Position numbers and translations under genes: made by a program | In this document: in pieces, positions 17,593 through 28,500 of the stretch | How the letters are laid out: each line of letters starts with the position of its first letter | How positions within the stretch are numbered: position 1 is the first letter of the stretch | Notes under the pieces: generated by a model | The model's database searches: none | What the model was told of the DNA's origin: nothing | Seen by the model: only the letters and a program-made list of their open reading frames with translations | DNA from: Promethearchaeota archaeon | GTDB taxonomy: Archaea > Asgardarchaeota > Lokiarchaeia > Sigyniarchaeales > SOKP01 | Length of the DNA stretch: 32,348 nucleotides | Assembly: GCA_048938895.1 (NCBI GenBank) | Contig: JBHLLU010000046.1 | Location: 1 to 32,348 of the forward strand | Reading direction: 5' to 3'

Positions 17593-18063
17593 ATGCCAAA
17601 CTATAAACAATTGTTAGATATGTCAAACGCAACTCTAGTAGCGATGGGAGAGGCAATGATAAATATGGGATTAAATATTCCCTTAGTATGGAACGAAATA
17701 GCAAATGCATATGGAAATAGTGCCAAAAGCATGCTAAACGATCTTGGTTTGAATATTGAAGGCTCAGATGTGAAATCAATTACTGAAGATTTTACTAAGA
17801 AAATTAAAGAAACTGGTTTTTGCCAAAGGGCAATTATTATTGAAGCCACGGACGACAAAGTTGTAATTGATCTTGGAGAATGTATCTTTGGTTCTGCAAC
17901 AAAGAAATTTAGGGGTACTGATCTAAATTTCATACCTCCCTGTCCAATGATGGGAGTCCTATATAGTGCTATTGAAAAACACACAGGTAAAAAAGGGTTT
18001 ATTGAATCATGTTTATGGAAACCTGAGGAAAACACATCTGTATTTACTGTTTCTTTAGAATAA
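17593..18063 (+). CDS. V4R-like (MetOD1/Bet3-related fold) domain protein
   Basis: Helical N-half, then VVIDLGECIF...PPCPM..VL..AIE...SC...SVFTV, matching the Cys spacing of V4R-type domains by eye. Confidence 0.6.
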   Translation: MPNYKQLLDMSNATLVAMGEAMINMGLNIPLVWNEIANAYGNSAKSMLNDLGLNIEGSDVKSITEDFTKKIKETGFCQRAIIIEATDDKVVIDLGECIFGSATKKFRGTDLNFIPPCPMMGVLYSAIEKHTGKKGFIESCLWKPEENTSVFTVSLE

Positions 18064-18079
18064 GGAGGATTGAGAAGAA

Positions 18080-18205
18080 ATGGCAAAATCAGATTGTAAA
18101 TTTGCTGGAGATGAAAATTCGGACGGATTAGTATGGTGCGATAAAAAAAATATCTATGTTTCAGCGAAAGAAAAGGATACATGCCCTGATTATGATAAAA
18201 AATAA
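18080..18205 (+). CDS. 41-aa three-Cys microprotein MAKSDCKFAGDENSDGLVWCDKKNIYVSAKEKDTCPDYDKK (not in ORF track)
   Basis: ATG 18080 after AGGAGG and TAA at 18203-18205. Fits the intergenic gap. 23/35 ungapped identity to the GNAT C-terminal module (15280-15384). Confidence 0.88.
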   Translation: MAKSDCKFAGDENSDGLVWCDKKNIYVSAKEKDTCPDYDKK

Positions 18206-18227
18206 TACTAAAAAGAGGTAGACGAAA

Positions 18228-18593
18228 ATGAGTGCAAAAGAAGAAAAAATAAAGGACATCTTACTAGAACTAGAAAGGAATTCAGAAGTTTCCAATAGTG
18301 CTATAGTTTCATTAAAAGGCCAAATGATGGCAAGTGCTTTACATAAAGATGTTGATGAAAGAGCAGTCGCTGCGATGACTGCTGCTTTAACATCTGTAGG
18401 GAGTAGAGTTGCTGATACATTAAATTCAGGTAAAACTGGATCAATAGTTATAAGTGGTACAGATAAATTAATAGTATTACAACAATTAACCCAAGCCGTT
18501 CTAATAGCCTTAGCTCCTGCTGATGCTAAAATTGGGTTAATTGATTTCGAAATAAATACAGCTCTAGACAAAATAAAAATGGTTCTAGGATAA
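18228..18593 (+). CDS. Roadblock/LC7 (MglB-like) protein
   Basis: SAIVSLKGQMMASAL..DVDERAVAAMTAAL...IVISG...AKIGLI; canonical roadblock pattern. Confidence 0.93.
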   Translation: MSAKEEKIKDILLELERNSEVSNSAIVSLKGQMMASALHKDVDERAVAAMTAALTSVGSRVADTLNSGKTGSIVISGTDKLIVLQQLTQAVLIALAPADAKIGLIDFEINTALDKIKMVLG

Positions 18594-18697
18594 AGATGAG
18601 AATTAAATAATAAATTTTTTTTTTAAATTTTATATTCCATACCAGGAAAAAAATAAAGATTATTATACAACTATTTGTTGTAAAAGGTGAGAATGAC

Positions 18698-19147
18698 TTG
18701 TCAGAAATAACTGATAATTTAATAAGTTTATTAGATGATTTTATTACATCCACAGGGACCAATAGTTCTTGTTTAATAACTGAAGATGGGCTAGTTATTG
18801 CAGTTAATAGTAAGCAAGATGAAAAAGAAGAGGAGATTAATTATAATTTTGCTGCAATATCAGCTAGTATTTTATCAATGGCAGAAAGAGGAATTGAAAT
18901 CATTAATACAAATAAAATCCTTGAACAAATTAAAATTGACGCAGGTTTAGATCAAAACCTTGATGCTGATTTTACAATTTTAATTACAAGGGTTTATTCT
19001 AATGTATTATTACAAATAATTTATCCAAAAAGAATAAACACAGGCTTAATTCATTTTGAAACAAATAAAATAATAAAGCAAATAAAAGAAATTATTCAAA
19101 GTGATACTTCCAGATCGCTTTTTACAAATTTAGGATCTTTGACATAA
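18698..19147 (+). CDS. Roadblock/LC7 domain protein (paralog of 16094-16543)
   Basis: SCLITEDGLVI...FAAISASILSMAE...NTGLIHFET. TTG start after AGGTGA. Confidence 0.87.
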   Translation: MSEITDNLISLLDDFITSTGTNSSCLITEDGLVIAVNSKQDEKEEEINYNFAAISASILSMAERGIEIINTNKILEQIKIDAGLDQNLDADFTILITRVYSNVLLQIIYPKRINTGLIHFETNKIIKQIKEIIQSDTSRSLFTNLGSLT

Positions 19148-19201
19148 ATATATAAAATTTGATTATATAAAAACTAATAAAAATTTTGAAGGGATCTAAA
19201 A

Positions 19202-20647
19202 ATGCCAAATAGTGAGGATGATACTATTAAAAAAGAAGATATAAATCATAATGTTTATCAAGATCAAGATGTAAACGTGGTGGATTTAAAACAAGCGGAG
19301 AAATTTGATAAAGGAGAAAATACGATTCCTAACCTTGAACATGTTTTTAATGATATATTTACAGATATTACAAATAGAGATAATTTTGACGAAGAATTTA
19401 TAGATAAAATGGAATCACATAATAACCATAATGGTATTGAACCTGAGCTAAAAAAGGAATTAGAAAATGAATCCATGGATTCCATTCAAGAAGATTACAA
19501 CGTTCATGAGCATAAATTTAAGTTAACAAGAGAATTGGAACTTTTTCATGAGAGTAGAATAAAAGAATTAGAAGAAAAAATTAAAGAATATAACAATAAA
19601 TATCAAAAATTAGAGGATAAGATTCAGGAATACCAGGAAAAAAACCAAGCTTTGATAATTAAGAGAGAGGAATTAGAAGAAGTTGTGAAAAGTTTTGAAG
19701 AAAAAAAAAATCTATTAGAGATAAGAAGAGAGGAATATAGAGAACGGAATCAACAATTAGAGAAAAATACAGCCGAATTCACTAATCGTAATATGAGATT
19801 ACAAGAAGCTAGAGAACAATTTATGGCTTTAAGTAAGCAAGTAGAAGAAAAAAAAATAGATTTAGAGAAAAGAGAAAAAAACATTGAAAAAAGGCAAAGA
19901 GCTTTTAACAAAGATAAATTTGAATTTGAAAAAAATAAAATAGAATTCGAAAAAATTAAATTAGAATATGAAATGGGAAAAGCAGATTTAGAAATCAAGT
20001 TACAAAAATCAGATATTAAAAATTATGAAAAAGAACCCAAAGATGATGAACATAAACAAATAATCGTAGAAAAAGAGAAAGAAATAAGGGGCAAAGCAGA
20101 AATTTTAAAAGACATATTGCACCAATTAATGAATGATGGGGGATTTAATTCCTGTTATTTAATTGATGGGAAAGGAATGTTGATTTCTGAATATTCTAGA
20201 ACTAAATTTGATACAGTAGCAATCGGGGCAATGTTTTCATTGATGAGCACAAATTTGTTAAGAACAGTAAACAGTTTAAACTTGTTAGAATTAAAATATT
20301 TTAAGTTTTCTTCTGCGAATGGGGAATTTATGCTTAAAAACATTAATATCATGAATTATGAGAGAAATTTTATACTTTTAGCATATTTTGATGAATCTGA
20401 CTCCTTTATACCTAAACTTGAACAAAAATTTGATAAAAAAAAGATGAAAAGAATTATAAGAAGTGTGAAGAAAGATTTTAATAAATTTGGAAATGGGAAT
20501 AAAATTTCTTGGATACTTGATAATTTGGTAGAAAAGGTTAATTTTCTAAGACAAAAAAGCAAAATGATGGAAAAAAATATTGAAGCCATAAGGTTAGATG
20601 CTTTAAACACTACTTCAAATCAAATAAAAGGATTATTTGAAAGTTGA
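19202..20647 (+). CDS. Acidic N-terminus, long coiled coil and C-terminal roadblock-like domain
   Basis: E/K-rich heptad-like region of about 170 aa, then GFNSCYLIDGKGMLISE...DTVAIGAMFS. Confidence 0.75.
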   Translation: MPNSEDDTIKKEDINHNVYQDQDVNVVDLKQAEKFDKGENTIPNLEHVFNDIFTDITNRDNFDEEFIDKMESHNNHNGIEPELKKELENESMDSIQEDYNVHEHKFKLTRELELFHESRIKELEEKIKEYNNKYQKLEDKIQEYQEKNQALIIKREELEEVVKSFEEKKNLLEIRREEYRERNQQLEKNTAEFTNRNMRLQEAREQFMALSKQVEEKKIDLEKREKNIEKRQRAFNKDKFEFEKNKIEFEKIKLEYEMGKADLEIKLQKSDIKNYEKEPKDDEHKQIIVEKEKEIRGKAEILKDILHQLMNDGGFNSCYLIDGKGMLISEYSRTKFDTVAIGAMFSLMSTNLLRTVNSLNLLELKYFKFSSANGEFMLKNINIMNYERNFILLAYFDESDSFIPKLEQKFDKKKMKRIIRSVKKDFNKFGNGNKISWILDNLVEKVNFLRQKSKMMEKNIEAIRLDALNTTSNQIKGLFES

Positions 20648-20807
20648 TGAGTTGGATAAAATAAGAATTGTTAAAAACTAAATTTTTTTCAATGATATAA
20701 TAGAAAAAATCATAAATGTAGACTGCACCGATATTCTAATAATGTACTTAGAAATTTATCTATGTGTTGGTGCATAAGATTACAGATTATAGGAAATTGG
20801 TTGAAAA

Positions 20808-21563
20808 ATGATGGGATTTGAACAAGAGACTAAAAAAGAAGAGAAAAGTTCTAATCAAGATAAACAACGGATTGGGTTACTTGTTTCTGAAGAAACTAAA
20901 ACTAGATGGCAAGATTTTGCGAATACTCATAATGTTACGACTATTTCTAAGTTAATTAGAATGGCAGTTGACTTTTATATCGATTATATCTTAAAAACGC
21001 CATCAGAAAGGGATTTTGCCCAACTTTCTCATAATCTAAGGGAATCATTAACATCCATTAAAGGCTTTTCCCAGTTAATAATAGAAAAATTTTCTAACAA
21101 ATTAGATCCTGATATCCTACTGAGAATTAAGGAAATATATAGCCAAAGTCTCTTACTTGAGAATAATATAAATGAAATTCAAAATTATAAAGAATTTGAA
21201 AATATCAAATATGATATTTTAATTATTGAAGATGATGCACCAACTATTATGGTTTTGACGGACTTTTTTGAGCTTAAAGGATATGTTTGTAAGGGTGTTT
21301 TAAGTGGTATTAAGGGATTAGAAGTATTGAACAGGAGCACGCCAAAATTAATATTGTTAGATGTATTTTTAAATGATATTAGTGGATATGAAATTTGTTA
21401 TAAAATCAAATCAAATGAAAATCTTAAAGAAATTCCCGTTTTTTACATTACTGCAATACCAGAATCAGAAGTTGTTGAAAAAGTAAAAAAAACAGGAGCA
21501 GATGGATTTTTTCTAAAACCTTTTAATTTTTCTCAATTCGAAATCTTATTAGATTATTTATAA
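20808..21563 (+). CDS. Response regulator: RHH-like, HisKA dimerisation and REC domains, no ATPase domain
   Basis: RIGLLVSEETKTRW...ISKLIRMAV; SHNLRESLTSIKGF; IIEDD...LILLD...ITA...KPF. Confidence 0.88.
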   Translation: MMGFEQETKKEEKSSNQDKQRIGLLVSEETKTRWQDFANTHNVTTISKLIRMAVDFYIDYILKTPSERDFAQLSHNLRESLTSIKGFSQLIIEKFSNKLDPDILLRIKEIYSQSLLLENNINEIQNYKEFENIKYDILIIEDDAPTIMVLTDFFELKGYVCKGVLSGIKGLEVLNRSTPKLILLDVFLNDISGYEICYKIKSNENLKEIPVFYITAIPESEVVEKVKKTGADGFFLKPFNFSQFEILLDYL

Positions 21564-21815
21564 ACATCATAAGATATTATTATTTTTATTAAAGAGTGTC
21601 TTAAAACTCTAAAAAATTCTAAAATATATTCAAAATATTTGTTTTTAAATAGAAATTATCAAGTAAACAAGTAATTTAAAAAGCACTTCTCCCTATTTTG
21701 TAAAAGTTTTTTATTAAGGAAAAGAATATTATACATAAGAAAAATATTTGTGTATGTGTTGTAAATCACTACAAATGAAAAGAAATCAGATGAGGTTAAA
21801 AGGATAGGTATATTA

Positions 21816-22499
21816 GTGCCTGAAGATACTAAAAATAAATGGGAAAAATTCGTCGATGAAAATGAATTTACTACTATTTCAATGCTAATACGAAAAGCAG
21901 TTAATTTTTATATCGATTCTAAACCCAAAATCTCGCTTATTAATAACATTTCAAAGTTTACACATGATTTGAAAGAACCTCTTACTTCAATAAAAGGTTT
22001 TTCTCAATTAATACTTGAACACGAATCAGATAAGATAAACCCAAATATATTATTAAGAATTAAAGAAATTTATGCTCAAAGTGTATTTCTTGAAAATAAA
22101 ATTAATTTTATTATTAATGAGTTCAAACCTCAAAGCCAAACATATGATATTTTAATTATTGAAGACGATTCTTCAACAATCATGGTTTTAACTGATTTTT
22201 TTGATATTAAAGGATTTTCTTCATTCGGTGTCACAACAGGGAATAAGGGATTAGAAGAATTAAAAAGAATAACCCCTAAACTAATACTATTAGATATTAT
22301 TTTACCAGATATTAGTGGTTATGAAGTTTGTAAAAAGATTAAATTGGTTGATAGATTTAAACATATACCCATTTATTATATATCAGCAATCCCAGAATCG
22401 GAAGTTAGTGGAAAATTACAAGAAACTGGAGCGGAGGGATTCTTACGTAAACCATTTAATTTTCCTGATTTTAAAATTCTAATGGAATATTTAAATTAA
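21816..22499 (+). CDS. Paralogous RHH-HisKA-REC response regulator (true start may be upstream)
   Basis: THDLKEPLTSIKGF; IIEDD...LILLD...ISA...KPF. Homology to the paralog continues upstream of the GTG. Confidence 0.87.
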   Translation: MPEDTKNKWEKFVDENEFTTISMLIRKAVNFYIDSKPKISLINNISKFTHDLKEPLTSIKGFSQLILEHESDKINPNILLRIKEIYAQSVFLENKINFIINEFKPQSQTYDILIIEDDSSTIMVLTDFFDIKGFSSFGVTTGNKGLEELKRITPKLILLDIILPDISGYEVCKKIKLVDRFKHIPIYYISAIPESEVSGKLQETGAEGFLRKPFNFPDFKILMEYLN

Positions 22500-22502
22500 T
22501 TT

Positions 22503-25500
22503 TTAAACTATAGGAAGTGAAAAATAAAAAGAAGAACCTTTATCCCTCCCTTCAGATTCGACCCAAATCTCTCCTCCATGCATTTCTATAATTTTTTTTG
22601 AAATATATAAGCCTAATCCCGAACCTTCAGAAATTACATCATATCCCTGACCATAACGTTCAATCTTTCCGAATTGTTTAAATATTAGGCTTCTTTCTTC
22701 TTCTGAAAAACCAATCCCGTTATCTTTTATTGAAATTATAATAAAACCATTATTAATTTCTGAGTTGATTTCTATTTTTCCATTGGAGGGTGTGAATTTT
22801 ATGGCATTACTTAAAATATTATTAATAACATTGTGTATTTGGTCTTTTTCAACAGAACATATTAAATTATCTGATAACTTGAGATTCAATGTATGATTTC
22901 TCAACTTTAAAAATCCTTCTAATTCATTCACACATATTTTTATTAAGAGAGATAAATCCTCCTTAGTTTTTTTTAACTCGACCATTCCAGATTCCAATTC
23001 TGCTGTTTTTAAAATGTCGTTAACGAGAGATTCAAGCCGCTTACATCCAATTCTAATTTGATTCACTTTTTTTACTGTATAATCATCAAGTTTGTCATTA
23101 TGCATTTCTAATAAAAGATCAGAAAATCCTTTAATAGAGACCAAAGGTGTTTTTAATTCGTGAGAAGTCCTTCTTAACAACTCGGATTTGAGATTATTTA
23201 ATTTAATTAATTCTAGCTCGGCTTTTTTACTTTTAGTTATATCTCTTAGTGATATTTGTATTATTTTTTCCCCTTGAAGTTCTATTAGATCAAAACTAAT
23301 TGCACCAAAAAATTCTACATTATCTTTTCTTCTTAATTTGACCTCATAATCGTGTAATTTCCCAAATGATCTCATTAATTTCACAATCTTTGAACGTTGA
23401 CTTGGATCAGAAAAAATGGAAGATACCCCAACTTTATTTAAATCTTCAACAGAAAAACCAGTTAATTTTACCATCGCATCATTGCTATCTAATACTTTAC
23501 CTTCAATCGTAGTAAGACCTATCCCCACAGGTGAATTATCAAAGAGTAAGCGATATTTTTCTTCAGATTCTCTTAACTTTTCTTCAGTTTCTTTTAATTC
23601 CGTAATATCAATGGCAATAGCTCCTACTGAACTTACATCTCCTTTATCAGCATATAAAGGAAATTTAACAGTATGAAATTTATGTTTTTCACTTTTAGCT
23701 ATTACAATTTCTTCAAATATTTCAACTTTATTTGTGTCTAAAACTATCTTATCATTATCGAGTAATTTTTGTGCTACTTTTGGATGATTTGGATGAATAA
23801 AATTATCAGTTTTTCCCAATATTTCTTTTCTATCTAATCCAAATAGATCTTCATAATACTTATTTACAAGTTGATAAATCCCATTTGAATTTTTTACAAA
23901 AACAAGAGCTTGAGCATTTTCTATGAAGGAATTTAAGAAATCATTAATTTTTTTTTTCTCTTGCTCAACAACTCTTCGTCCTGTAATATCAATATTCGTA
24001 ATAAAATCTGCAGGTTTTCCGTTAAAATTAATTGTTTTTGAATAGTTTTCTACCCAGAATTTTTCCCCAGTCTTTTTAATACATCTTACCTCATAATTTA
24101 TAATGACTTCTTTTTGTCCTAATTGCTTCTTAGTTGCTTGTTCCTTGACAATTTTTATAAACTCAGGATCAATAAGTCTTAAAAACCCATACGGTTCTAA
24201 ATTCAATAATTCTTCAACGGTGTATCCATACATCTCAGCCAAACGTTTTGAAGCATATTTTATAACATTATCTTGAATGATCCCTATACCCATTAGAGAT
24301 TGTTCTGTGAAGTTTCTGAATTTTTCTTCAGATTCTTTTAATTCTCGCTCTGCTTTTTTTCTTTCCGTGATATCTTGACCAATATTATACATAAAAAATT
24401 CATTATCTAGTTTAATTAATGATGCTTGTGAATTTATCCAACATTTTTTTCCATCCTTTCTATTAGGTATAAATTGTAGGGGTGGTAGCATTTCTCCTTT
24501 AAATAGTAATTCCATTTTATTTTCTAGTAATGGTAATAATTCAGGTGGATTCATTGGCATTTCTCTAAAATTTTTTCCTATGAATTCTTCTTTCGGGTAT
24601 CCAAAAATGTCTACAGCACTATTATTACAATCAATAAAATTTCCATCCTTATCAAATAGAATGATGTAATAAGGGCTATTTTCAAATAAATGTCGATATT
24701 TTTCTTCGGACTTTTTTAATTCATGTTGTACTAACTTGCGATCAGTAATGTTTAATGCATATTCTATCATCTGGACGACATTTCCATTCTCATCTAAAAT
24801 TGGATATCCGTAAATTTCATAAATTTTCTCATTTTCCTCTCTATCGTAATGTATATGTTCTACTATGCAACTTTTTTTGGTTTTTTTAACTTCATCAATT
24901 GGGCAAATACAAGGCGTTGTACAAGGTGTATCACGATTATGTGTTAGTTTATAACAATATTCTCCCTCTCTTAGACCCGTAGAAGAAGCAGTGGAATTAG
25001 CTAATATAACCTTATAATCCTTAACATTTATTACATAGAAAGGATGCGTAAGTGATTCTAAAATGTTGTTAAGAAATATATTCTGTTTTCGAAATTTTTC
25101 TTCGGACTTTTTTAATTCATGTTGTACTAACTTGCGATCAGTAATGTTTAATGCATATTCTATCATCTGGACGACATTTCCATTCTCATCTAAAATTGGA
25201 TATCCGTAAATTTCATAAATTTTCTCATTTTCCTCTCTATCGTAATGTATATGTTCTACTATGCAACTTTTTTTGGTTTTTTTAACTTCATCAATTGGGC
25301 AAATACAAGGCGTTGTACAAGGTGTATCACGATTATGTGTTAGTTTATAACAATATTCTCCCTCTCTTAGACCCGTAGAAGAAGCAGTGGAATTAGCTAA
25401 TATAACCTTATAATCCTTAACATTTATTACATAGAAAGGATGCGTAAGTGATTCTAAAATGTTGTTAAGAAATATATTCTGTTTTCGAAATTTTTCTTCT

Positions 25501-28500
25501 GATTTCTTTAATTTCAATTCAGCTTGTTTTTGTGCGGTGATATCCTTTCCTGAACTTAAAGTACCAATAATTTGCCCTGTTTTATTTTTCAAAGTATGAT
25601 TATACCACGAAATTATTCTTTTTTGCCCACTTTTTGTTATTACTTCATTTTCGTAATTTTCTAATAACTCAATTTCACCACTTAATATTCGATTAAAATC
25701 TATTCTAACTTGTTCTCTAACATTTTGGGGAATATAATTATCAAACCAATTCATCCCGATAATTTTGGACTGTTCTTCTTCCAAAATCTCGCATCCTTTT
25801 TGATTGATAAGTTGAACTGTTTGATCTTGATTTAATGCAACTATTATTACACCCGCTATATCGAGGTATTGCTGAGCTTTTTCTTTTTCACTTTTTACTT
25901 TTTGTTCAGCTTTTTTACGTTTTGTAATATTAAGATTTGTTGATTGAAATCCAATCTTTTCACCTTTTTCATTATATATGGCTGAAGCAAACCCTTGTGA
26001 AATAAAAGTTGAGCCATCATACCTTTTTGCTAAAAATTCGCCTTCCCACTTCCCTGTATCATTAAGTACTTCAAAGATAGGAACAACATCATTAGGATTT
26101 GCGAAAAAACTAGCTACTGACTTTCCAATTATTTCTTCTTTCGATTTGAAACCCCACATTTTTAAAAATGAGGGGTTTACGTGATCAATTATTCCATTTA
26201 TATCAGAAGTACTTTGCCCAGAAAGAGAAGCATTAAAAATTATGTCTTTTATACGAAGCTCTTCCATTATTTTCTTGCGTGCAGTGATATCTTGTAGAGT
26301 ACCCATAAGTAAAATGACTTTATCGTCATCATTCTTGGCTGTTTCACCTAAAGCATGTACCAACTTTTCCTTACCATCCTTAGAAAACACACGATGTTCA
26401 ATATCCCAGGTATCACCCTTTTCAATACCCTTTCTTATATAGTACAACACCATTTCTCTATCCTCAGGATGAATCATTTTAAGATATTTTTCAAGTGGTA
26501 CCTTATCATGAGTAAGCCCAAAAATTTTGAATAACTGATCAGAACCAGTTAGCTCCATAGTTGAAGGATCAAGCTTCCAATGGCCAATTTGTGCTAATTC
26601 CTGAGCATTTTTGAGTAACCTTTCATTCTCTCGTAATTCTATCTGAATTTGTCTTTGCTCCGTTATATCATGAAAAATACAATGAGTTTGTTTGAAATTT
26701 CCATTCTCGTCATAATTAATATTCCCATCCAACAAAATTATAGCATGACTACTATCCTTTTTTATAACATCGAATTCTACTCCACGAGCTTCTCCTTTCT
26801 CTTTAAATTTAAGAAATAGGGTATCCAAAACTGCTAAGTATTCAGAATCAATAAAATCTCCAAACCACTTACCAATAACTTCTTCTTTAGAATATCCGAA
26901 AAAATTGATCCAGGCTTTATTAACTTCCAAGATGTTCCCATTAGAATCTAAAGATTGATATTCCAATGGGGCATTTTCATACAATAATTTAAATTTCTTT
27001 TCTGATTCTTTTAATTTTAATTCAGCTTTTTTTCGGTCAGAAAAATCCCTAATAATAGTAATTACTTGAACTACCTTTCCAGCTTTGAGAATAGGTATTT
27101 TTCTTGTTTCGTTATAAAAATTTTTATTATTAATTTGGATCCATTCTTCTCTAATATTGATTTGCTTAGTTTTAAAAACCTTTTGGTATTCGTCATTTAC
27201 ATTTTCTCCAATAAAAGGCCATAACTCAACGGGGTTTTTTCCAACAATATTTGTTTCCAAGTTGAATGATTTTAACCATCTCTCAAAAGCGGGATTCATA
27301 TACATTATCTTTAAATCTGCATCAATAACATGAATAGGATCAGCAATAGATTCAAATAATAATTTAAATTTGTTTTCTGAATCTTTTAACTTTTGTTCAG
27401 CTTTCTTACTTTCAGTGATATCTAAAGAGAATCCAATAATCCCTCTAATTTCGCCATTATCATCAAAATACGGAATCTTATGGGTGTTGAACCATTTAGT
27501 TCCGTGTTCTGTGTTATAAGACTGTTCTATATTTAATTTTGGAGTTCCACTAGTAATTACTTCTAAATCTTCGTTCCAATATGTTTGTGCTCTATCTTTT
27601 GGTAAAAGATCAGAAAGATTCTTGCCTTCGATATCCCTTTTAGTTAAGTTATCCTTCGTACCAACGGTATCACTATTATAATAATCAACTACTTTTTGAT
27701 TTATGCGTATAAAGTTATTATTCGTATCTTTATAAAAAACTAAACCAGGATAATGATCTAAAATCGTACTCAATTCTGTACTTAAGTTCTTATATTGCTT
27801 TTCGGATTTTTTTAATTGTATTGTTTGATGACGAACCTCTTTGTCTAACTCTTTATTTAAGGCTTTTAATTTTTGCTCTGCTATTTTGCGGTCGGTTATG
27901 TCTTGTAATTGTACTAAATAATTACTAATTGTAGTATTTTTGTCAAGGTAAAGAGGGGAAATTAATAAATCTATACAAATTTTCCCTGATTTCTTTGTTT
28001 TATATAAATCTAAATCTTTAACTAAATCAAAATCAAAAAGAATTTCATGTCTTATAACTTGTCCCTTTCTTAGTTTTTGCAGATCATCTTTAGGAATATT
28101 AGGATTTTTAAACAAATCAAAACCACGTACATCGTTTATGTTTGAAACTCCAAAAATGTCTAAACACGATTCATTTGTATCCACCAACTTTCCATTAGAA
28201 TCATAGAGCTCAATACCTATTGGAGATTCATCAAAAATCGTCTTAAATTTTTTTTCAGATTCTCTTAATCCTATATTTTCTTGATTTAATCTCTTTTCTA
28301 ATTCATTCTTCATTCGTTTTAAAGACTCCTCATATATTTTTAACTTTTTCTCTGCCACTTTTCGGTCTGTAATATCAAAAATAACACCTTCAATATAGGA
28401 AGGATTTCCATTATCTCCTCTGATAGGTCTGCCTCTCTCATAAAACCATTTTAGTTCTCCATCTTTATTATATATGCGATATTCCGCTTCAAACGGAACA

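Noticed and set aside
17601-18571. Minus-strand ORFs of 193 aa and 136 aa
   Set aside because: Antisense shadows of the V4R-like, microprotein and roadblock genes with no motifs.
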